64,000 bases of DNA from Eledone cirrhosa (GCA_964016885.1 OZ024741.1:315456001-315520000); one strand, 5' to 3'; positions 39,312-50,957 are shown, counted from the stretch's first letter. A program made the numbers and translations. The notes: a model not told the origin generated them from the letters alone.

Positions 39312-39884
39312 TTCACCGTTATTCGAACTGTTTATGTTCGATATTTAAACACTCTTATCGAGGATTGGCGAATGTATGTTTACATAGCCATCTGTGGATC
39401 CGCCATCCCACTTGGCCCTTGTGTGGCATTATCACCACGCTGTATACGGACACACATAAACAAACAAACACACGGGCAGAAAGGGCCCCAAAAATGAATA
39501 AGCATAAGTTTCATTGTAATGTAGTATTCGAATGTCTGACTTAGTTTTTGTTTTTTAAGTTTTACTTTTCCCCCCCTCTTCTCTGTCCGTCCGCCTGCTT
39601 CTCTCTTCATTCTTATTTTCTTTACGTTTTTGGGGTTTCTTTTTTTGTTTTTGTTTTTCTCTGTTTGTTTTTCTCGTTTTTTGCTGTTGTTGCTGTGCTG
39701 CTTTTGTTGTTTGTTTTTTCTTTTTTCTTTTGAGTCTATCTATATATTTTGATGCCTTCCTCTTTGTTAGTAGTAGGAATTCTATAATGTGGAAGTGGCA
39801 GCCAGCAGAGACTGGCGGCGTTGGCGATATTGAGACAGTGGTGGTGGTGATGTCGATACCGAGGCAGTGGTGGCGGTGATGCGA

Positions 39885-40526
39885 CCGTATTACTGTAGTG
39901 ATGGTGCTGTAGCGGTGGCAGCAGCAGTGAAGGAGTCAAGGGGTGGTGGCGGCGGTGATGGGATAGTGGTGGTAATGATGGCCGTAGTGAGCGGTGGCGG
40001 TGAAGGTGAAAATGCTGTTGTGTTTAGTGTACACAGATGATGGGGTGGGTGGTGTATCTAGTTTCTGGTGTTGGTGAGTTTCGCTGTCCTATATAGTGTA
40101 GCCAGAGGAGAGGAGGGGGGGGTTCTTCTTCTTCCATTTATAGCCATTTTATTTTTTTGGGATATACAGTGTACAATACAAAGTTGAATATTTGAATATT
40201 TGAGCCGTATTACTGTAGTGATGGTGCTGTAGCGGTGGCAGCAGCAGTGAAGGAGTCAAGGGGTGGTGGCGGCGGTGATGGGATAGTGGTGGTAATGATG
40301 GCCGTAGTGAGCGGTGGCGGTGAAGGTGAAAATGCTGTTGTGTTTAGTGTACACAGATGATGGGGTGGGTGGTGTATCTAGTTTCTGGTGTTGGTGAGTT
40401 TAGCTGTCCTATATAGTGTAGCCTGAGGAGAGGAGGGGGGGGGGGGTTCTTCTTCTTCCATTTATAGCCATTTTTTTTTGGATATACAGTGTACAATACA
40501 AAGTTGAATATTTGAATATTTGAGCC
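39885..40526. repeat. ~320-bp tandem duplication in the Dong 5' UTR
   Basis: ccgtattactgtagtgatggtgctgt... starts at ~39885 and again at ~40205. Confidence 0.9.
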
Positions 40527-40692
40527 TTATAACAATATATTTTGGGTCCGAATTTTTTTGGGGCTCAAGCCGGGTGCTTTACGTAGCATTTGTACTAAGA
40601 GTTGTTATTTCACAAATGATTTAAATATGTTAAAAATTCAAAACTTACGGGAGCGATTTCATGACCTCCGTCACCTCGTGCGTCTTCTTCCC

Positions 40693-40754
<62 letters not shown>

Positions 40755-40756
40755 GG

Positions 40757-40900
40757 GTGGTGGATTGGCAGTATCGGTAGAGAGTCGGACGCCATGCTTT
40801 CCAGCATAGTTACGTTCCTTTACGGTCTGAGTACAAATCCCGCCGAGGTTAACTTTGCCTTTCATCCTTACGGGGTCGATAAAATAAAGTACCAGTGATG
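40757..40900 (+). mobile_element. tRNA-derived SINE, 3'-truncated
   Basis: A box, B-box-like sequence and conserved core. Confidence 0.8.
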
Positions 40901-40907
40901 CACCGGT

Positions 40908-43015
40908 CAGGGGTATCAGGGCAAGGACAAACAGCAGAGGGGAAAAACTACCTCCCTGGAAGATACCTCTCTTCCCAGGACCTCATACTTTTGCTCAACA
41001 ACTGTCTGATGTTATCTGCCACCTTGAAGATCTCTAGGCTTTTGATTATCCAAGAATGAGGTACCATGTCGAATGCCTTTTTGTAATCTATCCCTCCCAT
41101 GGTATGACCAGTGTGCCTCCTCTGGCAATTCCTCATTACCATCTTATCAATAAGTAACTGGTCTTTTGTAACACGGGACTTCTTTCGGCATCCTTTCTGT
41201 TCGTCCGGTAACAAGTTGTTTATGTGGAGGTGATGGTAGATTTCCTCAGACACAACGCTTGTTAACAGTTTCCACATTACGGACAGACATGTGATGGGCC
41301 TATAGTTGGTAACATCATTACCCTTGATTCGGTCTTTCATTACCAGAACTGTGGTACCTCACCTGACATCAAGCAGTCATTGAACATGGTTGTCAGTTTC
41401 GGGTGGAGATATGTTATGTGTTTAATCCAATACCCTTGCACACCATCTGGGCCTGGTTATTTCCAGTTGGTTAGTTTTTTGGTCTGCCCTTTAAGAGTTT
41501 CAACGGTGATACTCAAATCAGGTTGTTGGTGTGCCTGTTTACTAATCTCCTTGTGCACTATCTCAATCCACACTGCCTGACCATTATGTTCAACATCCTG
41601 CTCCCGTATTCCTCTGCAGTCTTAGTCTGTTCCGCCTCAGGGATCACGTCGTTACCTCCTTCTTTCCCTTCAAACTGTCCAAACAAGATCTTCTTGTTGT
41701 CAAACATGCGGTTCTGTCTATACTGACTAACTCTGTTCTCATACCGCCTAATCTTTGCACTTTTTGCTACAATGCGTTGCTTCAGTTCCTCTATGATAAT
41801 ATTTAGCTTTTCCCCCCTAGTTTTGTATTTTATTTCCAATCTATATTTAGTGTCTGTGTTTTATAATGTAAGGACTCAAACTTTCCAATGTCTTTTCTCA
41901 TTTCCTTGATTTGACCATTCAGTCGTTTCTTCCACCAAGGTACTGATCTTTCTTGTTTGTTGTTTCCTCTCGTTTTTATGTCAAGTAATTTCCTCACCGC
42001 ATTTGCGGTTGCTTTGAGGATATTGTTGCATTGGTGAAGGTTCCTCGCCTCAAGGTATGGGATGACTTTGTTTACCTTAGCTGTTGTTTCTTTTAACTTT
42101 TCCCTGTCTACAAATCTTAGGTTCATAGGTTTTCCACTATCATTGTTCATTTCATCTACCACTAAGTTCAGGATATCAACCAAATCTTGTCCTAGCCCGT
42201 CAGCATTCATATCCTCAATGGCCGTATCTTTGTTCCAGATGTTATTTATTTCCGCATTCAGATCATTGTCTGCTTCGGATGCTTCCTCGGGTCTCGCAAC
42301 CTCTTCACCTTCATTTCCCACTGGCTCGTTTGCTTGACATACTCCACTCTCCATTTCCAACTTAATCTCTCTGCTCAGTTCCTCCAATTCCAACTCGCTT
42401 ATCCACCCATTAGTTCTTATTACCCGATCCTGCACGGCCAATTTTTGTTCATCTAATTTAAACAGACCAATCTCGTTCCAGATGTTATGCATCCGTTTCC
42501 TATAACCTTTTTCCATGGGGTTACTCTTCAGGTAACATTTCATGACAGTTCTATTCAATTCTTTCGTCCAGTTAGTTCTTGTCCCTTTCCTTCTTCTTCC
42601 TCCAACACCAGCAGTATTTAGGTTCGACATTTAAACACACATATCGAGGATTGGTGAATGTATGGTTACATAACCACCGGTGATTTCATCACCCCCAGTG
42701 ATTTTAGCGTGACCATCACGCTGTAGACGAACATAAATAAATAAACAAATAAATAGATAAAAACTTTAAATAAACATAAGTTTCATTGTATTGTTTGAAT
42801 GTCTGACTTAGTTTTTTTTTGTTTTTTTTTCTTTTTGTATTTCAAGGCCAGTAACATCGGTTACTAGTTTTGTTGCTGCTGCTGCTGTTTTTGATTTTAG
42901 CTACGAGGGAAGTAGTTGTTGCATTCAAAACTTTTGAAATTTGTTTTTCTTTTGCTGTTGCGATTGTTTTTGTCTGTGGTCTGTTCTGTACTTTTTCAAC
43001 TTGTTGCTTATCATT
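40908..43015 (-). mobile_element. 3'-truncated Dong family A-related element with a different 5' UTR
   Basis: ORF fragments 41830-42630, 41558-41839 and 40948-41340 are homologous to the N-terminal half of the intact ORF. Confidence 0.88.
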
Positions 43016-43397
43016 GGTGGATTGGCAGTATCGGTAGAGGGTCGGACGCCATGCTTTGACGTATAGAGTTACGGCCCTTGCCATTATGAGTTCAAATCCC
43101 GCCGAGGTTAACTTTGCGTTTCATCCTTACGGGGTCGATAAAATAAAGTACCAGTAATGCATTGTGCCAAACGTAGAAACAATTATTATTCTAGAAACAA
43201 TTATTATTGTGGATTGGCAGTATCGGTAGAGGGTCGGACGCTATGCTTTCCAGCATAGTTACGTCCCTTTGCGGTCTGAATTCAAATCCCGTCGAGGTTA
43301 ACTTTGCCTTTTATGCTTACGGGGCGATAAAATAAAGTACCAGTAATGCAGTGCGATAATTGCTGGCCTTGTGCCAAAAGTAGAAACAATTATTATT
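43016..43397 (+). mobile_element. Two tandem tRNA-derived SINEs ending in AGAAACAATTATTATT
   Basis: A and B boxes and core present in both copies. Confidence 0.85.
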
Positions 43398-43789
43398 AAC
43401 TTTTTCAAATTTCATTTGAAAAGGAAAATCAGGGTAGAGAGGGAAGTGCTCTATTACCAGCATTTCGTTGAAAGATGGGTGAGAGAAGCAAGTAAGGCCC
43501 GAGTGAATGGGCCTACTCTGAGTATATGCCTGTAAATTGAAGGTGGAAAACTGGGAGAGGGCACTTGCCCTGGTGGTCAGGGTCACCGTGGCTTCTTTTT
43601 AATGGGCTTCTCCACGATTGCCCTCGGAAGTCTCCCCCCTATTGGGGAATTTTTCATTGTTCTTTTTTTGTTACATCCTGTTTTGGGGGGATTTTTTACA
43701 CGCAGAAATGCCCCTTTGTACCGTCCTGCATTTCCCTGTACTGTCCTTAATGTCTACTTTGTGTAAACCCTTGTGGTTAATAAAAAAAG

Positions 43790-43790
<1 letters not shown>
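43398..43790 (+). mobile_element. Short 5'-truncated Tx1-like 3' end
   Basis: Reverse complement of the 25932-26310 region; AATAAA followed by (ATT)n 43791-43877. Confidence 0.9.
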
Positions 43791-43877
<87 letters not shown>

Positions 43878-43894
43878 GTGTTGTTGTTGTTTTG

Positions 43895-44830
43895 TCATAT
43901 ATGGAGGTACCTGGTCTTTCCAGGTAAACTAAATATTAAGATAGTGGAAAGACCAGGTACCTCCATAAAAACACTTATTAGTAATACATACCCTTTTCAA
44001 AGACCTCCCTGTATAGATAAGAAATGCATAATCTGTAAACTAAGCCCCCATAGTGACTGCAAAACTAGAAACATAGTATATAGCGTAAGATGCACTGAGG
44101 GAAAATGTAAAGATAAGAATATAGTGTACATAGGTGAGACAGCTCGAAGTATAGGAGAACGATTAAATGAAAACTGGCGAGAGTTTTAAGATAGAAAAGA
44201 ATCATCTGTACTCCAACAACAGGCTAAAATAGAACATAAGGGCAAATTAGAGAACATAGAAATAAAAATAAAATCTACACACAGAAAAGACGCAATGTTT
44301 AGACAAATAACAAAGGCAATAAACATAAATGAACTCCAACCAAAATGAAATAGAAAATATGAATGGAATAACGACATCACAACTTACAATTAAGGACAAA
44401 ATGAAAACACACACACATAGAACAAACAACCAACTAGTAACATGTAAATAAACAAATAAATAAACAAATAAAAACACACACAGGCACCCGGATGTAACAC
44501 ATGCGTAAACTAAGCACGCAACACACACAAAAACAAGATGGCGTAGGACAGAACAAAGGAGAGGCTCAAAACAATGAAAAGAAAAGAATCCCAGTCACTG
44601 AAGAGGTCACAGAATGTGTGACGAAAGAACTTTGACAATATATGAACAACCGTCCGGTTGTGGAACCAAACAACCAACCGGAAATTTACAAATTTCTTAA
44701 ATTTATAAATATAATTTATAATAAATTGGAGTGAAAGCATGTGGTGCGTGTGTTTCTTATTGGCAACATGACCCTACCAAAGTATAACATTATCGGTTTC
44801 AACACACGTTTTCAGATAAAGAATCTTGCT
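43895..44830 (+). mobile_element. Penelope-like element 3' fragment (GIY-YIG domain plus pLTR)
   Basis: CIIC...NIVYSVRC...YIGETARSIGERLNE; hammerhead in the 3' UTR. Confidence 0.8.
44594..44636 (+). ncRNA. Minimal type I hammerhead ribozyme
   Basis: gtca-CTGAAGA-(g)gtcac..gtgac-GAAA-gaac-TT-tgac. Confidence 0.7.
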
Positions 44831-44852
44831 AAACAAATTCAGAAACGATATA

Positions 44853-44892
<40 letters not shown>

Positions 44893-45092
44893 AAGCGGCG
44901 GACAACAGAGGCCACGTACCGTTCCTCTCCGACAGATAACTTTCCTCCTCGGAAAATCCCCCCGGTGATGGATGCGAAATCCGAAATATAGAAATATAGG
45001 AACAATTAAATCTCTCCCAAGGTAACTCTATATCGTTCCAAAATGACCAAATTTTATATTATTCCACAATGGTTTAAGCAAACTTCCATACT

Positions 45093-45155
<63 letters not shown>

Positions 45156-45535
45156 AAAAAAGTCACGTGGTTGCCTACACACTCTACGGCGTAATTCGGA
45201 CTGTTTGTTTGTTTACAAACAAACCGAGCATTATAATAAATGTTCGATAAACCGATACGTGCATATATATATCAGTGCGTGTATGTATATATATACATAC
45301 TACTGTACGTCTGTATACATATATGTATGTACGTATACATACATGCATACTTACATTTAAGTAACTGCCGTACGAAGAGTGAGAAATGAAATTTCGTTTT
45401 ATTCTATTCCATTTATTCTTTTCGGTGCGCCCGGCCGACTAAACTCACTCGATATGCAAATTAGGCTGCTCAGCCGTTAATATGCATAAGAAAAGTATAT
45501 ACTTTCAGACGTTCAGCCATCTGGCAGGAAGGTAT

Positions 45536-45578
45536 ACGATGCTGACGATAGCTAATAAGCTTGAAACTAGCACATCGT
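45536..45578 (+). ncRNA. Minimal type I hammerhead (U16.1 changed to C)
   Basis: acgatg-CTGACGA-tagctaataagctt-GAAA-ctag-CA-catcgt. Confidence 0.72.
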
Positions 45579-46072
45579 TCCTGTGTCAGTGTTGAACAAA
45601 AAGGTGACGTGGTTGCCTAAACACTGTACGGCGTAATTCGGGCTGTTTGTTTGTTTACAAACAAACCGAGCATTATAATAAATGTTCGGTAAACCGATAC
45701 GTGCACATATATATGTGTGCGTGTATGTATATATATACATACTACTGTACGTCTGTATACATACATGCATACTTACATTTATATATATATATATACATAT
45801 ATATGTATATATAGATATATAGATATATATGTATATGTATATATGTAAGTATGTATGTATACGTACATACATATATGTATACAGACGTACAGTAGCATGC
45901 ATATATATATATATATACATACAGGTACACATACATATATGTACGTATCACTTTAGCGGACGTTTATTATAACGCCCGCTTTGTCCATTTGTAAACAACC
46001 CGACAGCCTGCATTTATGCCGTACGGTGTTAAGGGCAACCACGTCACCTTTTTATTCAACACTGACACAGGA

Positions 46073-46115
46073 ACGATGTACTAGTTTCAAGCTTCTTAGG
46101 TATCATCAGCACCGT
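46073..46115 (-). ncRNA. Minimal type I hammerhead, intact core
   Basis: acggtg-CTGATGA-tacctaagaagctt-GAAA-ctag-TA-catcgt on the - strand. Confidence 0.75.
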
Positions 46116-46479
46116 ATACCCTTCTGCAAGATGGTTGAACGTTCGAAAGTATATACTTTCCTTATGAAAATTAACGGCTGAGCAGCTTAATTTGCATATC
46201 GAGTGAGTTCAGTCGGCCAGGCGCACCGAAAACGATAAGTTGTAATAGAATGAAAACGAAATTTCATTTCTCACTCTTAGTACGGCACTTACTTAAATGT
46301 AAGTATGTATGTATACATACATCGTTCCTGTGTCAGTGTTGAACAAAAAGGTGACGTGGTTGCCTTAACACCGTACGGCATAAATTCAGGCTGTCCGTTT
46401 GTTTACAAATGGACAAAGCGGGCGTTATAATAAACGTCCGCTAAACTGATACGTACATATATGTATGTGTACCTGTACG

Positions 46480-46512
<33 letters not shown>

Positions 46513-46544
46513 AGATCAAAAGATGGTTAAAGGAGTTCAATATA

Positions 46545-46611
46545 TTTTATTATGCGCATTTCAAAAACAAACATCATCAAACAATAATATTTGTGTTTTC
46601 ATCAGATAAAA
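46545..46611 (-). ncRNA. Type I hammerhead in the Penelope 3' pLTR
   Basis: ttttat-CTGATGA-long stem II-GAAA-tgcgca-TA-ataaaa. Confidence 0.8.
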
Positions 46612-47852
46612 CAGGAGAACATGATATGAAGGCTAAAAAAAACACTTGTTGATAGTGCAGTTTTAAATCAACATATGAAAAGTGGTTTTAGATTGATGTG
46701 TGATATTGGGAAAAATATTTTATTTAGAGAGGGGGGGGAGAGAAAAGGATGAAAAGGGAAGGAGATGAGAGGGAGAGATGGGTGATAGAGAGAAAGAGAT
46801 AGTTTTTATAACTGAGAGGAGATATATTTTATATAGAGGGGTTGAAAACCGTTGGAAGATACTGTATAAATTAAAAATTTTGAAAATTAACGAAGGGAGG
46901 ATATGTGCGAGGAAAAAATATATTATATTTAGGGAGGGGTGGGGGTGGAAAGGATGAAAAAAAGGGGAGGAGATGAGAGTGAAGGTGGAAAGGGAGAGAT
47001 GGGTGATAGAGAGAAAGAGATAGTTTTTATAACTGAGAAAAAGATATAATGTTTTAATATAGAGAGGTTGGGAACCGTTGGAAGATAATGTATAAATTAA
47101 AGGAATTTGAAAATTAACGAAGGGAAATTATGTATGGAGATAGAGAGAAAAAAATAACGAAGGGAAATTATGTATGGAGATAGAGAGAAAAAAATAATAA
47201 TTGTGGGTGAATATTCTAACGTCAAAAGGAGAAATGTAGGAATTTTAAAATTAGCAAAGAGAAAAAGTTTATGTGTAGAAGGATTTGAGAAAAATAATGT
47301 GAAGTTAAAGTTTTTATATTGAATTCATATGTATTAATAATGAGTTCGTTGATGGGGAGAAAAAAATAATAATAAATTAAGGATGAAATTGAGATTAAAA
47401 AGATTTATGATAGAGAGAAAAAATAATAATGATTGCGGATGAATACTCAAAATGTCAAAAACAAATGTTATTGTTTTACGAGGAGATATAATGAGGGTGA
47501 TGAGTAAACGGGTATTATAGAGTGTATAATGTCCTTTAAAGTAAGGTAGATGGGTATATTTTAAAGAATATATGAGTATATATTAAAAAAAATATATAAT
47601 AATAAATTAAGGATGAAATTGAGATTAAAAAGATTTATGATAGAGGGAAAAAATAATAATGATTGCGGATGAATATTCAAAATGTCAAAAACAAATGTTA
47701 TTGTTTTACGAGAAGATAGGATGAGGGAAATGAGTAAACGAGTATTATAGAGAGTATAATGCCCTTTAAAGTAAGGTAGATGGGTATATTTTAAAGAGGT
47801 GTATGTATATGTGCCTTTGAGAAAAGATTCTAAATTGATAAAGAATTGAATA

Positions 47853-50198
47853 TTAACTGTATACTTTGTGAAAAGTTCTATGGAATTTATGCAGGCAGAT
47901 GGAAAACAAATCCGAGCGTCTATTTATTATGGATTCTAGGTTAGAGATAATGGTAAATTTTTCATTTAGGCAGAGATTACAGATTTTAGATAGAGAGCTG
48001 TTCAAGTACGAGGATGCAGAAGAAATCTTTTTCCAAAAGATGTTATATTTAATGTTTTTGTCTTTTAAGGACCATATGAGTTCTGAGAGAGCAGTGTTAG
48101 TTCTTTTAAGTTTGTATTTGAAAGATGAATGATGATTATAGAGACGAGCTTTAAAAGAGGTGGAAGTGGAGCCAAAATAGGTGAAGGAATTGGTGCTAGT
48201 TATAATTTTACATTCATAAATTAAGTTTTTATCGAGGCAATGGTTGTTGAGAGGACATTTATTTTTAATGCGGCAGTTGCAATTAGAGAGATTATTAATG
48301 AGTGATCTAGTGTTATCTATAGAAGGAATTGGATTGGAGAAGTTGTTTGCGATAGGAATAATAGGAATAATAGTTTCTTGATTTAGAGTTGGATTATGAA
48401 CATTTAGCGAAGTTGTGTTTGACGTTGCATTTGGGTTTACAGAAGTTAGCCTAGGGTTTACAATGACGTCAGGATTACTATTATTGTTATTATGAGATTC
48501 AATATTGGAAGGAAGAGATTTAGTATTTAATATTTTGTTGTTGTGTTTAGAGATGATGTTGGAAATATTGGAGGATGTAGAAGACGAAAATTTGATGGTG
48601 TGTTTGTTAAATATTTTACTATAGATATGTGAGGGAGGGAAGCATTTATTTAAGGCACTAAAAAATAATTTAGGAATATTGTTATTAATAGAGATAGAGA
48701 AAGGAGCATTATACCAGATTATGTTTTTGTATCTAGGTCTTTTATTAAAATTATTGGAATGGTTATGATTAAATATTCTACTGTAAGTTTTCCTAGAATT
48801 TGTTTCTTTATTATATTTGATTTTATCTGGATAGCCGGCTTTAGAAAGTGCGTTATTATAGTAATTGGCGTTAGCATCAAAGATGTTTTTATTAGAAGAT
48901 ATGTTAGATATTCTATTTCCAATATTATTAACTATAGCATTCTTGATATTGGTAGGATGGTTAGATTTAAAGTTAACATAATTAAGATTCTCATTGTTTT
49001 TATGGTAAGGGTAATATAGGCCAGTGTCAAGATTAAGAGATACATCCAAGAAATTAGCTAGTTTGGTACTATTATCAAATTCAATTTTTAGGTTATGTTG
49101 GTTAAAGAGATTACGTATATTGTTCTTAATAATATTAAGTTTAACTATATTGCAATTTAGGATAGTAAAGAGTCCATCGTCACGATAAATTCCACCGCGA
49201 AGTTGAGGAATTTTCCGACTCAAAGAGTTCAAAATGAAGATACCAATTAAATCAGTCAATTGGGATGAATCGGATGCTCCCATTGTGATGTCGAAGTTGT
49301 TAGAGGTATCGGCTCTGGTCCAATATTCGTTGTTGAACTCTAGGATGGTTTTACGTGCGGTGAGGATGATGTGAAGTTCATCTGTGGTGATGTCAGAATA
49401 TTTAAGTGCGAAAGATAGAGCATTATTGAGAAGTGAAGGCGAAATGGAGGAATAGTAGCTGGCAATATCGAATTGAATAAATTTTAGTTTGTTTTTATTA
49501 TCCAATTTGTTGAACCAGCCAATCACTTCAGAAGTACCAAACCATAAATTTAGGTTTAAAGAAGAGCAATTAGAATTAACCTGTGGGATAATCCTATCCA
49601 AGATGGCTTTACTAACAACCCCCGGATCAGATTTAGAGGGGGCGATTAATCTAACAGGTAGTTCAGTGCGAAAATTGTTTTTGTGATCCTTGAGATTTAT
49701 CCTCGGATTTCTTGGGAGGAATGGTTCGGTCTTTATTTCAATGCCAAGTTTTGACATAATCTCATAGGCTTCAAGGTTTATGCATTCTAAATTTTCATGG
49801 TTGGTTTTACGATACTTTTTCCTAAGTTCCTTTAGGATAAGGTTGTTATAATTATCCTTGGAAATACCATATAGGTTATTGGTTTTGTCAGAGTGGACTA
49901 AAACATTTTTTGAGGAATTTAGGTTAGAGATTGTGTTCTTGAGATTTACAAGGTGCTCTTGTCCTTTGTAAGGGTATCTCTTGAATTTAAGATTTTTTAT
50001 AATTTTAGTTAATTCTTCCTCGAATTGTGCTAGATTTTTGTTGGAAGGACGATTTCGTCTGGAATTAAAAAGATGATCGAGGAAGTTGTGTTCTTTGGTA
50101 TGAAAGTTCCCTTTTAGGCGCTGGTCATAGAAATAGGCTGTCCATCTAAGTCTTCTTACGAAGGAGTCAGTTTTTTCAATAAGAAGTTTGGTGAATTC
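47853..50198 (-). CDS. Penelope-type RT-GIY-YIG ORF; frame is open upstream of the annotated Met 49757 up to the inversion point
   Basis: RRLRW, SDKT, FDIASYYSSI, MGASDS, IYRDDGL, FLDV, CNCR..CPL..C, IYEC..YFGST..FKARLYNH, CNLC..EK; no internal stop seen. Confidence 0.88.
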   Translation of the reverse strand, partial: EFTKLLIEKTDSFVRRLRWTAYFYDQRLKGNFHTKEHNFLDHLFNSRRNRPSNKNLAQFEEELTKIIKNLKFKRYPYKGQEHLVNLKNTISNLNSSKNVLVHSDKTNNLYGISKDNYNNLILKELRKKYRKTNHENLECINLEAYEIMSKLGIEIKTEPFLPRNPRINLKDHKNNFRTELPVRLIAPSKSDPGVVSKAILDRIIPQVNSNCSSLNLNLWFGTSEVIGWFNKLDNKNKLKFIQFDIASYYSSISPSLLNNALSFALKYSDITTDELHIILTARKTILEFNNEYWTRADTSNNFDITMGASDSSQLTDLIGIFILNSLSRKIPQLRGGIYRDDGLFTILNCNIVKLNIIKNNIRNLFNQHNLKIEFDNSTKLANFLDVSLNLDTGLYYPYHKNNENLNYVNFKSNHPTNIKNAIVNNIGNRISNISSNKNIFDANANYYNNALSKAGYPDKIKYNKETNSRKTYSRIFNHNHSNNFNKRPRYKNIIWYNAPFSISINNNIPKLFFSALNKCFPPSHIYSKIFNKHTIKFSSSTSSNISNIISKHNNKILNTKSLPSNIESHNNNNSNPDVIVNPRLTSVNPNATSNTTSLNVHNPTLNQETIIPIIPIANNFSNPIPSIDNTRSLINNLSNCNCRIKNKCPLNNHCLDKNLIYECKIITSTNSFTYFGSTSTSFKARLYNHHSSFKYKLKRTNTALSELIWSLKDKNIKYNIFWKKISSASSYLNSSLSKICNLCLNEKFTIISNLESIINRRSDLFSICLHKFHRTFHKVYS

Positions 50199-50625
50199 AG
50201 ATTTATAAAAACTATCTCTTTCTCTCTATCACCCATCTCTCCCTTTCCACCTTCACTCTCATCTCCTCCCCTTTTTTTCATCCTTTCCACCCCCACCCCT
50301 CCCTAAATATAATATATTTTTTCCTCGCACATATCCTCCCTTCGTTAATTTTCAAAATTTTTAATTTATACAGTATCTTCCAATGGTTTTCAACCCCTCT
50401 ATATAAAATATATCTCCTCTCAGTTATAAAAACTATCTCTTTCTCTCTATCACCCATCTCTCCCTCTCATCTCCTTCCCTTTTCATCCTTTTCTCTCCCC
50501 CCCTCTCTAAATAAAATATTTTTCCCAATATCACACATCAATCTAAAACCACTTTTCATATGTTGATTTAAAACTGCACTATCAACAAGTGTTTTTTTTT
50601 TTAGCCTTCATATCATGTTCTCCTG

Positions 50626-50692
50626 TTTTATCTGATGAAAACACAAATATTATTGTTTGATGATGTTTGTTTTTGAAATGCGCATAATAAAA
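50626..50692 (+). ncRNA. Type I hammerhead in the inverted pLTR copy
   Basis: Same fold as 46545-46611 on the opposite strand. Confidence 0.8.
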
Positions 50693-50957
50693 TATATTGA
50701 ACTCCTTTAACCATCTTTTGATCTTATATTATGCATACTCCAGTCCCACAAACTGTAGAGTGCTTCTTATCCGATATCTGCATTGCTTTATTGTACTACA
50801 ATAAAACTCACCTCCTACATATATATATATATATATATATATGCATGTTACTGTACGTCTGTATACATATATGTATGTACGTATACATACATACTTACAT
50901 TTAAGTAAGTGCCGTACTAAGAGTGAGAAATGAAATTTCGTTTTCATTCTATTACAA

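Larger units (their letters stand above)
35845..40692 (-). mobile_element. Full-length Dong/R4-like family A element
   Basis: Intact ORF, ~1.4-kb 5' UTR, (TTA)n on + strand at both ends (35797-35844, 40693-40754). Confidence 0.95.
45155..46480. repeat. ~440-bp non-coding repeat in direct and inverted copies carrying hammerheads (retrozyme-like)
   Basis: Unit landmarks at 45164, 45606 and 46353 (+), inverted copy ~45940-46315, continuation at 50845-50960. Confidence 0.8.
46505..50818 (-). mobile_element. Penelope-like element (Naiad-like) with inverted 5' pLTR, inserted in (TA)n
   Basis: RT plus C-terminal GIY-YIG; inverted repeat 46505-47032 vs 50203-50732; (TA)n on both sides. Confidence 0.9.

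Noticed and set aside
47853-49757. Selenoprotein-type Penelope element
   Set aside because: No in-frame UGA in this copy; conserved positions are Cys
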